The notes under the pieces are model-generated. The model saw nothing but the letters and a program-made list of their open reading frames with translations, searched no databases and was not told where the DNA came from. A program made the translations under genes and the position numbers. Shown piece after piece: positions 27,352 through 36,412 of a stretch of 43,102 bases of DNA. The stretch is from NCBI GenBank assembly GCA_041640075.1, contig JBEQAY010000001.1:14845-57946 (forward strand), in the 5' to 3' direction. Within the stretch, counting starts at the first letter, position 1. Each line of letters starts with the position of its first letter. The stretch is from Candidatus Nanohaloarchaea archaeon (GTDB lineage: Archaea; Nanohalarchaeota; Nanosalinia; Nanosalinales; Nanosalinaceae).

Positions 27352-28008
27352 TTACTTTTTACTGCAGAATATGCTCCAGACAGGGTTTTCGAAGTCTTCA
27401 GTATTTATTTCGGACTCTTCTTTCAGGATCTTGAGGTTGTTTTCCTCCAGAATTTCCTTGATCAACTGACGTGGGTACAGGTATCTTTTTACCAGAGATC
27501 CGTCTTCCTCCTCTCTTATATCCGGTTCAGGGCTTCCTTTCGTTAGCTTGAAATTGATGTAGAGCACTCCATCTTTTTTGAGTACTCTTGAGAGCTCTGA
27601 GACTGGTTTATGTATTTTCTCTGGAGGGTAGAAATGTATTACTGAGTTGCACCAGATGCCGTCGAAAGTGTTTTTCTGAAAACCTAGATTCTTAACGTCC
27701 ATCCTGTGAAGTTTTTCACCCATGTTGTTTGCTTTGTATTTATCGGCTCCAAACTCTAGTGGCTTAGGTGCTCTATCTATCCCTGTGGTGTCGTAGCCGT
27801 TCTCCAAGAAGTAGTTGACGTCTCTACCCCAGCCACAGCCAGCATCAAGAATTCTACCGCTTTCTCCTACAAGTTTCTCAAATTTTTTCAGAAGTTGAAC
27901 GTATCCCTGCATGTGTTTCTGGTACAGCGACATCTTGTCGACGTACTGTCGAAAGTTTTCATTGAACCATTTGACAGGATCAGTGAGTTCCCTGCTCATA
28001 CAGTTCAT
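27352..28008 (-). CDS. Class I SAM-dependent methyltransferase
   Basis: ILDAGCGWGRD, FDGIWC and RVLKKDG motifs; start may be at 27999. Confidence 0.9.
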   Translation of the reverse strand: MNCMSRELTDPVKWFNENFRQYVDKMSLYQKHMQGYVQLLKKFEKLVGESGRILDAGCGWGRDVNYFLENGYDTTGIDRAPKPLEFGADKYKANNMGEKLHRMDVKNLGFQKNTFDGIWCNSVIHFYPPEKIHKPVSELSRVLKKDGVLYINFKLTKGSPEPDIREEEDGSLVKRYLYPRQLIKEILEENNLKILKEESEINTEDFENPVWSIFCSKK

Positions 28009-28025
28009 TTAGAGAATAATGGTTT

Positions 28026-28982
28026 TTACTGCTTCCATCTTTTAGGGTAAGTCTTCGGATCCATATGGACGGATTTCAGAGTCGCTGCCGTACCTTCTTC
28101 ATCGTAGAGTGCTTCAGAGTTCATATCTGCAGTTGCAAGAGCTACGAGCTCTCCTTTCAATGTGGTGATAGCCACCATCTCTCCTTGTTTTATACCGTCC
28201 TGAAAGCGTGAAATTCCTCCTGCTCCCAGATCTGCACCGTTGGCAACAGCGTTGACCGCTGAATCCTTTATAGCTATCTTCTTCAGATGCTGTATAGCTT
28301 TCTCCTTGGGATATAGGACCTCTGCCAGTTTCTCAGGATTTCCTTCGTTATGGAAGTGGTAAGCGTCAACTACTTCCTGTAACGTATTTGTTTCACCTTC
28401 CGTGATTTCTCCCTGTCTTGTTCTCCGGAGCTCTACCATCTCTGCATCGGTGTCAAGTTTCTCCCCAAGCTGGTCTATAAGTACGCGTACGTAGAACCCT
28501 GATTCACATTCTACACTTGCTAGAACATTTTTACCGTTTTTTTCCAGGAATTCTATATCGTAGACTTCTCTTTCTCTTTCTTCTCTTTTGACAGCTGATT
28601 TCTCTGGCGGAACCTGTTTGTTAGTTCCCTTGAAGCTTTTCAGAGCTTTTCTTATCTCTTCTTCGTCTTTTTCTTCCTCCAGTTCGGCCTCAAATACGTA
28701 TTCTTTGTCTGCCTGTGCAAGTGCATCGTTCAGCCTTGTAGCGGAGTTGATTCCTACCGGGAGTACTCCTGTAGCATTTGGATCCAGTGTGCCGAAGTGA
28801 CCTGTTTTCTTCAGGTCAAGTTCCTTCCTGGTCCAGGTAGATACCTGGTTGCTGGTCGGTCCGAACGGTTTATCTACTATCACTATTCCTTCTTCCAGGA
28901 GTTTTTCTGGAGATCTGTTCTCAGGGATCTCTCCGAACTCAGGGTCGGTTTCTGCTTCCTCCCTTGTATACCATTCAGACAT
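28026..28982 (-). CDS. cbf5: H/ACA RNA-guided pseudouridine synthase Cbf5 (TruB family, PUA domain)
   Basis: DKPFGPTS, GHFGTLDP, QVPPxxSAVKR, CESGFYVR, ELRRTR, DSAVNAV and YPKRWK motifs. Confidence 0.95.
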   Translation of the reverse strand: MSEWYTREEAETDPEFGEIPENRSPEKLLEEGIVIVDKPFGPTSNQVSTWTRKELDLKKTGHFGTLDPNATGVLPVGINSATRLNDALAQADKEYVFEAELEEEKDEEEIRKALKSFKGTNKQVPPEKSAVKREEREREVYDIEFLEKNGKNVLASVECESGFYVRVLIDQLGEKLDTDAEMVELRRTRQGEITEGETNTLQEVVDAYHFHNEGNPEKLAEVLYPKEKAIQHLKKIAIKDSAVNAVANGADLGAGGISRFQDGIKQGEMVAITTLKGELVALATADMNSEALYDEEGTAATLKSVHMDPKTYPKRWKQ

Positions 28983-29057
28983 ATGAAAAGGAGTTCGGTC
29001 CGAGTTTTTTAACTGGAGAGGAAATAGAGTGGAAAGGAGGAAAAAATTGAACTTTTT

Positions 29058-29774
29058 CTACTGGACGCCGAGAAGCTTCCTGAAGATGTAGGTCAGCGGC
29101 ATGATCATGATAAAGTAGAATCCCAGCCAGTTCAGCGCGTTCCCTACATACGGTATATTCACTGGTAGAGGGACGAAGTGGGCGTTCAGCTTCAGTTTAG
29201 CGTCATTTGGCTGATCCTGAACTGTTTCAAAGTTCATGAACTGCCAGTTGACTCCCAGAATTTTGACAGTCTCCTTGAGGCCTGCTTCACTGCTCCCTGA
29301 CTGCAAAATTATCTCTGAGTTATTCTTCACCTGTAGTTCCTGGGTCTGATCTGCGTACTGCAGCTGTCCTGTAAACGTGTTGTTCTGGGTTTCGTTCATC
29401 TGTATGTCAGGTGCGTACGTGTTTCCAAGCCATGGGAAGAAAAGTCCCACGAATATTATCGTGGCGAACATTGGCTTCATGTTAAGCATCATAAACTTCT
29501 GGTTGAGCTGCAGAGTCTTCTTCATATGTTCTGAAGCCTTGTCGTGCTTATCGTTTTCCCTGGCTTCCTTCATCTTGTCCTGGTAATCATTCAGCTTCTC
29601 CTTTATCTCGTCTGCGCGTTCAACATCAAGGAAAATCCAGTAGATAACTGCAAAAAGTCCTGCAAGTGCTGCGGAGAAAAATCCGAGAGATACGTACGGC
29701 CCTGCAACAAGCAGTGGCTGGAAAATTGCATCGTAGAATGCGAAAAGTGGTGCCAGAATCTGGGCTATGGCCAT
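29058..29774 (-). CDS. EMC3/TMCO1 (DUF106, Oxa1 superfamily) membrane protein
   Basis: TM, coiled coil, MKPMFAT, then WLGFYF...FRKLLG; canonical position downstream of secY. Confidence 0.9.
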   Translation of the reverse strand: MAIAQILAPLFAFYDAIFQPLLVAGPYVSLGFFSAALAGLFAVIYWIFLDVERADEIKEKLNDYQDKMKEARENDKHDKASEHMKKTLQLNQKFMMLNMKPMFATIIFVGLFFPWLGNTYAPDIQMNETQNNTFTGQLQYADQTQELQVKNNSEIILQSGSSEAGLKETVKILGVNWQFMNFETVQDQPNDAKLKLNAHFVPLPVNIPYVGNALNWLGFYFIMIMPLTYIFRKLLGVQ

Positions 29775-29864
29775 GTCTATCGATTGCCCAGGAAGTCTTT
29801 TAAAATACAACCAGTCTGGCGAAAAATGTGCGCTTAGAGGTTTACAAAGGGTAAAAGAGGGAAA

Positions 29865-31253
29865 TTATGTCATGAAGTCTTTGAGTGCTGGATGGAGTTC
29901 TTCCATGTGTTTCTGGGCCAGCTGCTCGTAGAGCCTGTACAGGATCATGACTGTAAGAAGGATTCCTGTTCCTCCTCCTGCGGCTCTTGTCATGTTGGCG
30001 AGTGCTGCAAGAAGTCCTACCGAGAAACCGGACAGAATTGTCAGTGCCGGGATGTAACGGTTCAAAACCTTTTTTATGACTCTCTTGTCTTTTCTGAAAC
30101 CTGGTACTTTCATCCCTGTATCCTGTATCTGTTCTGCTACAGAGTCTGCGTCCTGACCCGATGTACGCATCCAGAAGATCGAGAAAAGGATCGATCCAAA
30201 TGTGTAAACTGATGTGTAGAATAGTATATGGAATATGCCGGTGCCACCTATTGCTCCGGACTGCAGGAAGGTTTCAACTACTGTTGTGGGTGCCTGGAGG
30301 AAGTAGACGAGTCCTGACTGTGCCTGTCCCTGTGAGAAGCATCCAAGGATTGAACATCCGTCTGCTCCTGCAATAGATGATCCTACGATCTGGAAGTTTG
30401 TTACAAGTGCTGCGATTAAAATTACTGGCATGTTTGAAGTGTATATGAATTTCAGCGGCCATTTCTGTCCGAAACCTCGGACGTTTCCGAATGTTAGCGG
30501 TATTTCGACTTTCATTGACTGCATGTATACTACTGCTGAGAAAACCAGGATTGTCGAGACGATGGGTAGTAATGCGAATATGTCAAATGTTGTCAGGAAG
30601 TTGAATAATGCTCCTACTGGGCTTGCTTCACCTGTTACGCTCCAGTATAGTTCTCCTGTCTGTGTGAGTGGTGATATTGCTGATATGTAGACCTGTTTTG
30701 ATACTCCTGCTGCGATGAATAGTCCTGTTCCGGAACCGAATCCCCATTTCTGGACCAGGTCGTCCATCATGATGATCAGCCATCCTCCAAGGATGATCTG
30801 TCCGGAGAGAAGTGCCATGAGTCCTGGCTGACCTGCAACGTTTCCGAACTGTCCTGATGCCACCCATCCTACTGCCTGTATAACTGTCAATGAGTATGCG
30901 AGGACTTTCTGAGCTGCCTGGAACTTCTGTTTACCTTCCTGAGTATTTGTGTTCCAAGGCAGTAGCTCGGATCCTACAAGCATCTGGAGTACAATAGATG
31001 CTGTAACGATCGGTCCAATTCCCAATGTAATTATCGATCCGATCTGTGCTCCTAGAAGTGTCTGAAATGTTTCAAGCCGCGCAAGTGCAGTAGCAACGGC
31101 CTGAGAGTTAGCCCCATAAACGTTGATAGAACCTAAAAGGAAGTAAAGAACTAGTACTACACCTGTCCATGCCAGCATCTCCTTAAGCGATTGTTCTTTC
31201 TCTGGCTCCGTCACGCTCGGAAGGTAGCTTGCTATCTGGACAAGTGAGACCAT
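29865..31253 (-). CDS. secY: Preprotein translocase subunit SecY
   Basis: LGIGPIVTASI, KWGFGSG, PLKFIYTSNMPVIL, VPGFR and GGGTGILL motifs. Confidence 0.98.
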   Translation of the reverse strand: MVSLVQIASYLPSVTEPEKEQSLKEMLAWTGVVLVLYFLLGSINVYGANSQAVATALARLETFQTLLGAQIGSIITLGIGPIVTASIVLQMLVGSELLPWNTNTQEGKQKFQAAQKVLAYSLTVIQAVGWVASGQFGNVAGQPGLMALLSGQIILGGWLIIMMDDLVQKWGFGSGTGLFIAAGVSKQVYISAISPLTQTGELYWSVTGEASPVGALFNFLTTFDIFALLPIVSTILVFSAVVYMQSMKVEIPLTFGNVRGFGQKWPLKFIYTSNMPVILIAALVTNFQIVGSSIAGADGCSILGCFSQGQAQSGLVYFLQAPTTVVETFLQSGAIGGTGIFHILFYTSVYTFGSILFSIFWMRTSGQDADSVAEQIQDTGMKVPGFRKDKRVIKKVLNRYIPALTILSGFSVGLLAALANMTRAAGGGTGILLTVMILYRLYEQLAQKHMEELHPALKDFMT

Positions 31254-31260
31254 TTATTTT

Positions 31261-31689
31261 CTAATCCTCTAATGTAACAGCTTCTGCTCCTGCTTCTTCA
31301 ATCTTTTGTTCCGCAGAATCGGAGAATTTTTCCGCTCTAATCTCTATGTCGCGGGTTATCTTTCCTCCACCAAGAATCTTGTCATAACCTGCTTCGTCGG
31401 CGTGGAAAACATAACCATCTCCTGATTCCTCGGCTACTCCTTCTTCGACAAATTCCTGGATTCTCTGGTCGATGTCGCGCAGGTTAATTCCGTTCTGTGG
31501 TTCCTGTCGGGAGTTAAATCCGTTTTCCCCAAGTTCGTTGATTCCTTCCTTTGTCATGTTCTTTGACTGTCCTTTCTTTCCGGAACCTGCGTTTCCTCGG
31601 CCTCCACGGTTACCTGCTCCTCTGTTCTTTTTGGAGCTTCCGTGTCCGTGTGTGCCAGACTTGTTCTTCTTTGATCTTCTTCTTACCAT
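31261..31689 (-). CDS. rpl15: 50S ribosomal protein uL15
   Basis: THGHG, RGAGNRGGRGNAG, KILGGG and FSDSAxxKIEEAG motifs. Confidence 0.97.
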   Translation of the reverse strand: MVRRRSKKNKSGTHGHGSSKKNRGAGNRGGRGNAGSGKKGQSKNMTKEGINELGENGFNSRQEPQNGINLRDIDQRIQEFVEEGVAEESGDGYVFHADEAGYDKILGGGKITRDIEIRAEKFSDSAEQKIEEAGAEAVTLED

Positions 31690-31702
31690 TCTTGTATCAC
31701 CT

Positions 31703-32053
31703 CTAAATCATGTTCTTGAGGAGTTCATCCATGTTTGGACGTTTTCCAAGTGCTCCTCCATTATTGTAGTTTTTCTTCGTGCTTCTGAATCCGCCTGAAG
31801 GTGGTGTCATTGAAAGCTTTACACCAGGCTCGATCTTGACATCTTTTGAACCTGCAACTTCTTCAACTACGTCGTCGGAAACTTCTCCGTATGCGATGTA
31901 GTCTTTGGCTTTGTTCAGCATTCCTTTTATTGCTTCGTCATCGTCTTCAACGAAGAGTACCTGGTTCTTCTTTGTAAGTCCAAGTGATTCAAGTGTTGCT
32001 GAGATCTTTTCGGAAGCATCTACGTCTCCTCTAACCTTTACTACTGCAATCAC
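31703..32053 (-). CDS. rpl30: 50S ribosomal protein uL30
   Basis: IAVVKVRG, GMLNKAKDYIAYGE and PPSGGF...GGALG motifs; operon position. Confidence 0.95.
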   Translation of the reverse strand: MIAVVKVRGDVDASEKISATLESLGLTKKNQVLFVEDDDEAIKGMLNKAKDYIAYGEVSDDVVEEVAGSKDVKIEPGVKLSMTPPSGGFRSTKKNYNNGGALGKRPNMDELLKNMI

Positions 32054-32112
32054 TCGAAAACACCTCTTGTGTTTTCTGCGTGATCAAGAAAATCTTTGAT
32101 TTTCGTAATCAT
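32048..32112 (-). repeat. Double-hairpin cassette and 20-aa uORF upstream of rpl30
   Basis: Hairpins at 32056-32076 and 32088-32104; TGATT duplicated 59 bp apart; uORF 32112-32050 MITKIKDFLDHAENTRGVFE. Confidence 0.8.
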
Positions 32113-32114
32113 CT

Positions 32115-32795
32115 CTAGTTCTCCTCCTGTTCTTCAGGTTGTTTGTATTCATTGAGTTTCTGCATTGCTTCGAAGGTTGCCTTGATGACGTTCTCTCGTG
32201 TTCTGGTGCTTCCACGTGTGGTTGCCCAGATGTCTTCAATTCCTGCTAGTTCGAGCATCTTCTGGATTCCTTCTCCTGCTGCAAGACCTGTTCCTTTTGG
32301 TGCAGGTTTGAGTTCTACTTCAACGGATCCGGATTTTCCTGTGACCTTGAACGGGATTGATGTGTTCGTGTCTCCCTGATCCTCCCATGATCCGTTTCCT
32401 CTCTGTACTTCGATCAAGTTGAGCTTTGCGTTCCTGCTTGCGTCCTCGATTGCTGCACGGGTGTCATCCGACTCTCCCATGCCTACTCCGATTACCTTGT
32501 TTCTGTCGCCGAGGATTGTCATCGCCTTTGAGTTGTATCTTGCTCCTGACTTGTGCATTCTTACTGTTCTCTTGGAAACAGTACGGGATTTTCCTCCTCC
32601 TTTTCCAGGAGTTCCTCCGATAAGCACTACTTCCTCGTCAAGATCAACAAGCTGGTCTACAAGCTCCGGCTCCATGATCTCTCTGTCATGTCTTAAAGCA
32701 TCTACAATATCCGTTATCTCTCCTTTAGCTACTTTCTTACCAAGCTTGGTCTTTGGAGTCCAGATCTCTTCGTCTTCCATTTCCTGTTCGCTCAT
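32115..32795 (-). CDS. rps5: 30S ribosomal protein uS5
   Basis: WTPKTKLG, VRMHKSG, RGNGSWE and PAPKGTGL motifs. Confidence 0.97.
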   Translation of the reverse strand: MSEQEMEDEEIWTPKTKLGKKVAKGEITDIVDALRHDREIMEPELVDQLVDLDEEVVLIGGTPGKGGGKSRTVSKRTVRMHKSGARYNSKAMTILGDRNKVIGVGMGESDDTRAAIEDASRNAKLNLIEVQRGNGSWEDQGDTNTSIPFKVTGKSGSVEVELKPAPKGTGLAAGEGIQKMLELAGIEDIWATTRGSTRTRENVIKATFEAMQKLNEYKQPEEQEEN

Positions 32796-33301
32796 TCGAA
32801 ATCACCTTCGATGTTTTCTTTTACTTCTTCGAGGTTTCCGGGTACGTCTTTTCCTGTCATCTCTTGGATGTGCTCTCCTCTGATTCTTGATTCTTCTGGG
32901 AGTGCTGCTTCTCCTGCAGGTACTTCTACTCCTGCGTCTCTAAGTCCCTGGACTGCTGCGAAGACTCTTCCTTTACGTGAGTTCTTCCTGAGTCCGATGT
33001 CCAGGATTGCTTCATCTGTATCTGCTCTGTGACCTGCAAGGAATCCTGTCAGGTATGCTGCTGGAAGATTACCTGTGTGGTGTTTCCAGCCGTATTCTTC
33101 AAGCTCTTTGCTGATCGTCTGAGCTGAGTTCTCATCTCCTTCTGGTTTGTATCGGGAGATGTGTACTCGGGTATGGTTGTTTGAAAGTCGGACTACTGCT
33201 CGTGGCTTACCTGAGTTCAAAAGGTCCAGGCGCTGCTCGTAGTCTGTTTTCTGTTCCTTTCTTCTCTTGAAAGGTACTTCGTAGTTTGATGTCTCTGCCA
33301 T
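32792..33301 (-). CDS. rpl18: 50S ribosomal protein uL18
   Basis: RRKEQKTDYxxRL, NLPAAYLTG and AILDIGL motifs. Confidence 0.97.
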   Translation of the reverse strand: MAETSNYEVPFKRRKEQKTDYEQRLDLLNSGKPRAVVRLSNNHTRVHISRYKPEGDENSAQTISKELEEYGWKHHTGNLPAAYLTGFLAGHRADTDEAILDIGLRKNSRKGRVFAAVQGLRDAGVEVPAGEAALPEESRIRGEHIQEMTGKDVPGNLEEVKENIEGDFE

Positions 33302-33747
33302 TATCTTTTAACCTCGTCTTCTACGTAGTTGTTCAGGTGTTTCTTGTTCCTGAAGAACCCTCCTTTTGCCTTGTTGTAGAGCTCTCTGTACTGTTCTGAT
33401 GTTATTTCTTCTTCATCTCGCATTTCCTTGAGCTCTGATCTGAGGGCTCTGATCTTTTCCATCCATTCATCTTTCTCGGATTTCCTGGCTGTCTTCTTTC
33501 CTTTACGGCTTCCGTGGCCTTTCTGCTGTCCCTTGGCTTTCTGTTTCTTGTTGTGCTTTGCACGGGCCTTGGATGTTCCTTTCTTATCTCTTTTCTGAAT
33601 TGCTCCTCCTTCGATAAGATTTCTGATGTCCTGCCTGGTTATTGCTTCTCCTATCTTCTCCATCTGTTCAGGGTCTAACCAGACACGGTCTTCTCCAACA
33701 TCCATTACGTCTGCTGCTATTCTTTTTTGACTCTTAAGATCTGCCAT
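33301..33747 (-). CDS. rpl19e: 50S ribosomal protein eL19
   Basis: QKRIAA, RVWLDP, AITRQDIR and YRELYNKAKGG motifs. Confidence 0.97.
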   Translation of the reverse strand: MADLKSQKRIAADVMDVGEDRVWLDPEQMEKIGEAITRQDIRNLIEGGAIQKRDKKGTSKARAKHNKKQKAKGQQKGHGSRKGKKTARKSEKDEWMEKIRALRSELKEMRDEEEITSEQYRELYNKAKGGFFRNKKHLNNYVEDEVKR

Positions 33748-34076
33748 TACTTCTCTTCACCTCTGTTAAGGACTTTGATGTCCTCTTCATCTGCTTTTTC
33801 GATAATCTGTTCACGTTTACGTCCTCCGACTGTTGAACCGATTCTGGCTGCTTCGCCTTCCCCAAGTTCTTTGAGGTCGGAAGTATTGTGTACTAGTACT
33901 TCTTCGTAACCTGAAGGATGCTTTCCTCTGTGATCCTTATCAGTTCTGAAGCCTGCCTGTGGCATCGGTGCTGCTCCCTTCTTCTTTAATCGGGAACGTG
34001 AATGATGGCCTTGAGGCTTCCTCCATGATTCAGGTACTGACTTTTTCTTGTGATTATCCTGTCTATCAAATCCCAT
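33747..34076 (-). CDS. rpl32e: 50S ribosomal protein eL32
   Basis: SWRKPQG, RGKHPSGYEEVLVHN and VGGRKR motifs. Confidence 0.95.
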   Translation of the reverse strand: MGFDRQDNHKKKSVPESWRKPQGHHSRSRLKKKGAAPMPQAGFRTDKDHRGKHPSGYEEVLVHNTSDLKELGEGEAARIGSTVGGRKREQIIEKADEEDIKVLNRGEEK

Positions 34077-34594
34077 TATTCTTCTACCTCCGTGATGTAG
34101 ATACCGTCCTGGAAGGTTCTTGGATCTCTGTTTCCTTTGTCAGAGAGCTGTTCGATCCTTGCAGCTGTCTGAGCTACGTTTTCCTTGTCGCTGCCTCTGA
34201 CTTCGATTTCCTCTCCATCTACTGAAACGTCGACTCCTTCCATTATATCTGCTTTACGCGGGTTTCTTTCACCCATGAAGTTCTCCACGACAAGCTGATC
34301 TCCCTGTGTCTTGATTGTCATAGGGAAGTGAGCGTAAACACCTTTCAGGTGGTAAACATGCTCGTCCTGAAGGCCTTCTATCATGTTTTCTGTGTGGCTC
34401 TTGAACGTCTTAACGATGCTCTCGATATCTTTCTTGCTGCTGTCTGTCGAGAACTTTACTGACCCGTTTGTCTCTACGTCGATCAGTGCGTGCTTCATCT
34501 TCTTCTCTACCGTTTTATCTCCATCGCTGACTTCAAGGACTCCGTTCTCGTAGTCTGCTTCAAATCCTTCAGGTAGTTCAATTTCCAGTTCCAT
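34076..34594 (-). CDS. rpl6: 50S ribosomal protein uL6
   Basis: YAHFPM, NFMGE, QTAARIEQ and DPRTFQDGIY motifs. Confidence 0.97.
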   Translation of the reverse strand: MELEIELPEGFEADYENGVLEVSDGDKTVEKKMKHALIDVETNGSVKFSTDSSKKDIESIVKTFKSHTENMIEGLQDEHVYHLKGVYAHFPMTIKTQGDQLVVENFMGERNPRKADIMEGVDVSVDGEEIEVRGSDKENVAQTAARIEQLSDKGNRDPRTFQDGIYITEVEE

Positions 34595-34606
34595 TTTTCT
34601 GCACCT

Positions 34607-34996
34607 CTAGTAGACGTATCCGAGGAGTTTTCCTCCGATCTGTTCTTCTCGGGCCTCGTCATGAGTCATGACTCCCTGAGGGGTTGTTACGATAAGCTTT
34701 CCGAATCCCTGCGCTGGCAGGTATCTTCGAGCCCATTTTGCGTACTCGTTATTGCTCATCGAGAACCTTGGCTTGATCGACTGGCATTCGTTGATCGTTT
34801 CCTTGACTTCAACCTTGAACTTGCCTCCTTTACCGTCCTCGACAAGTTCAAAGACTCCGATGTATCCCTGCTGCTGTAGCTCGATAAGCACGTTCTTTAC
34901 CAGATTGCTGGTAGGTGAGATCGTTGCGTAATCGTTACCTGATCTCGCTGCATTGTTTATTGACGAAAGTGCATCGCTCAGTGTATCTTGTGACAT
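34607..34996 (-). CDS. rps8: 30S ribosomal protein uS8
   Basis: GYIGVFE, IKPRF, YLPA, TTPQGVMTH and GGKLLGYVY motifs. Confidence 0.97.
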   Translation of the reverse strand: MSQDTLSDALSSINNAARSGNDYATISPTSNLVKNVLIELQQQGYIGVFELVEDGKGGKFKVEVKETINECQSIKPRFSMSNNEYAKWARRYLPAQGFGKLIVTTPQGVMTHDEAREEQIGGKLLGYVY

Positions 34997-35010
34997 TATA
35001 TCTTCCTCCT

Positions 35011-35235
35011 TTAACTCAGTTGCTCGAAACCGAGCTCCTCTGCGATTTCACGGAAGCACTGTCTGCAGTAGTCGAGTCCATACTTTGAGATAACTCCTCT
35101 ACCTGTTCTTCCGCATCTTCTGCATTCTTTCTTTGATTTTCCGAAATCCCTCTCCTTTGGGGAGTTGTGCTTCTCATACTTTCTTCTCTTACCTTCCTTG
35201 TGCTTTATCTGTTCAAGTACTTCTTCATAACCCAT
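35011..35235 (-). CDS. rps14: 30S ribosomal protein uS14 (zinc type)
   Basis: CRRCG...[13 protein letters not shown]. Confidence 0.95.
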   Translation of the reverse strand: MGYEEVLEQIKHKEGKRRKYEKHNSPKERDFGKSKKECRRCGRTGRGVISKYGLDYCRQCFREIAEELGFEQLS

Positions 35236-35751
35236 TTATTGGGTCACCTCCATTCCGAGCTCGTCTTCAACGAACTCTCTGGCTTCTTCGTCACTGATCT
35301 TGTGATCCTTTCCAAGTTCTCTTGGCTTGTGATCTCTCTTCTTGACCCTGTATCCAGGTCTCTCAAGTTTTACTGCGACCTCGAAACCACGCATACCGAT
35401 GTCGGAATCGTAGTCGATTCCTGGTACGTCGATGTACTCGCTGATTCCGAAGGAAAAGTTTCCGTTTCCATCGAATGCCTGTTCTGAGATCTGGCTGTCT
35501 GCTGCTGGCAGGACTTTTTCAAGGAATTCTCGGGCTTCTTCTCCTCTCAGTGTTGTCATTACTCCCAGGTTGAGTCCGGCACGTTTTCCAAAGGTCTTTG
35601 CGTCTCCTCCGGATTCTGTTCTGACTGCCTGGCTTCCTGTCAGTTTTTCGACAAGTGCAACTGATTTCTCTACAGGATCTCCGACTTCTCCTGTTCCAAT
35701 GTTGACAACGACCTTTGCGATCTCGATCTGTTTCATTTCATTTTCTGTCAT
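35236..35751 (-). CDS. rpl5: 50S ribosomal protein uL5
   Basis: KVVVNIG, TLRG, FDGNGNFSFGI and RPGYRV motifs; ATG at 35751. Confidence 0.97.
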   Translation of the reverse strand: MTENEMKQIEIAKVVVNIGTGEVGDPVEKSVALVEKLTGSQAVRTESGGDAKTFGKRAGLNLGVMTTLRGEEAREFLEKVLPAADSQISEQAFDGNGNFSFGISEYIDVPGIDYDSDIGMRGFEVAVKLERPGYRVKKRDHKPRELGKDHKISDEEAREFVEDELGMEVTQ

Positions 35752-35756
35752 GGTGA

Positions 35757-36407
35757 TCACTTGATGTCTAGTCCTGTCGTTGCTACAAGGTTTTCTAGCT
35801 GGGTTTCAAATGTAGTATCGTTTTCGATGATAGCTGTGTCAGGGTTCATTCCTCTTCTCTCGATTTCCTTGACTTCTACAGCGTCGCCTGCATGCTTTCC
35901 GCGGACTACAAGTGCTTCAGCTCCTTCTTCAAGCTCGACTTCTTCCACTCCGTCTCCGAATACTAGTGTGTTGCCTGTCTCGAACTCGTCCTTGGTGCTG
36001 TAGTTCTCTCCTGTGTGGAGTCTGTAGACAAATCTGTCTCCTTCTTCATGCTTGTCTACTACTTTTCCTACAGGTTTTCCTGAATCGACTGGTACGAAAT
36101 CCAGGTTAGCTCCGTTCTTGACTACCCGGAATGTTTCTTCTGTCTCCGGAATCTCGATCAAATCAAGTACTCCTACTCCATCCTGGATATCTCTTACTGG
36201 TTCTCCGTTTCTCAGGAGATCTCCATTTCTGATTATTTCTTTTGCTTCTTTCTCTGTCTCCGCGTACTCAAGTACGTCCCTTAGGAAAAGTCCTGCTGGG
36301 ATTGCGGAGTCTGCATCTCTCGAACCTTTGATGGTTGAGACATACTTCTCTTTCTTCCGTTCAATCGGATAATGTTTCGGTGCTGAAAGTCTCTTCTGAT
36401 GTGTCAT
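35757..36407 (-). CDS. rps4e: 30S ribosomal protein eS4
   Basis: HQKRLSAP, LRDVLEYA and GKHAG motifs; ATG at 36407. Confidence 0.95.
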   Translation of the reverse strand: MTHQKRLSAPKHYPIERKKEKYVSTIKGSRDADSAIPAGLFLRDVLEYAETEKEAKEIIRNGDLLRNGEPVRDIQDGVGVLDLIEIPETEETFRVVKNGANLDFVPVDSGKPVGKVVDKHEEGDRFVYRLHTGENYSTKDEFETGNTLVFGDGVEEVELEEGAEALVVRGKHAGDAVEVKEIERRGMNPDTAIIENDTTFETQLENLVATTGLDIK

Positions 36408-36412
36408 AAAAT

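Noticed and set aside
27126..28008. Integrated element at tRNA-Ser
   Set aside because: No integrase and no duplicated tRNA 3' end (att site) seen in the window
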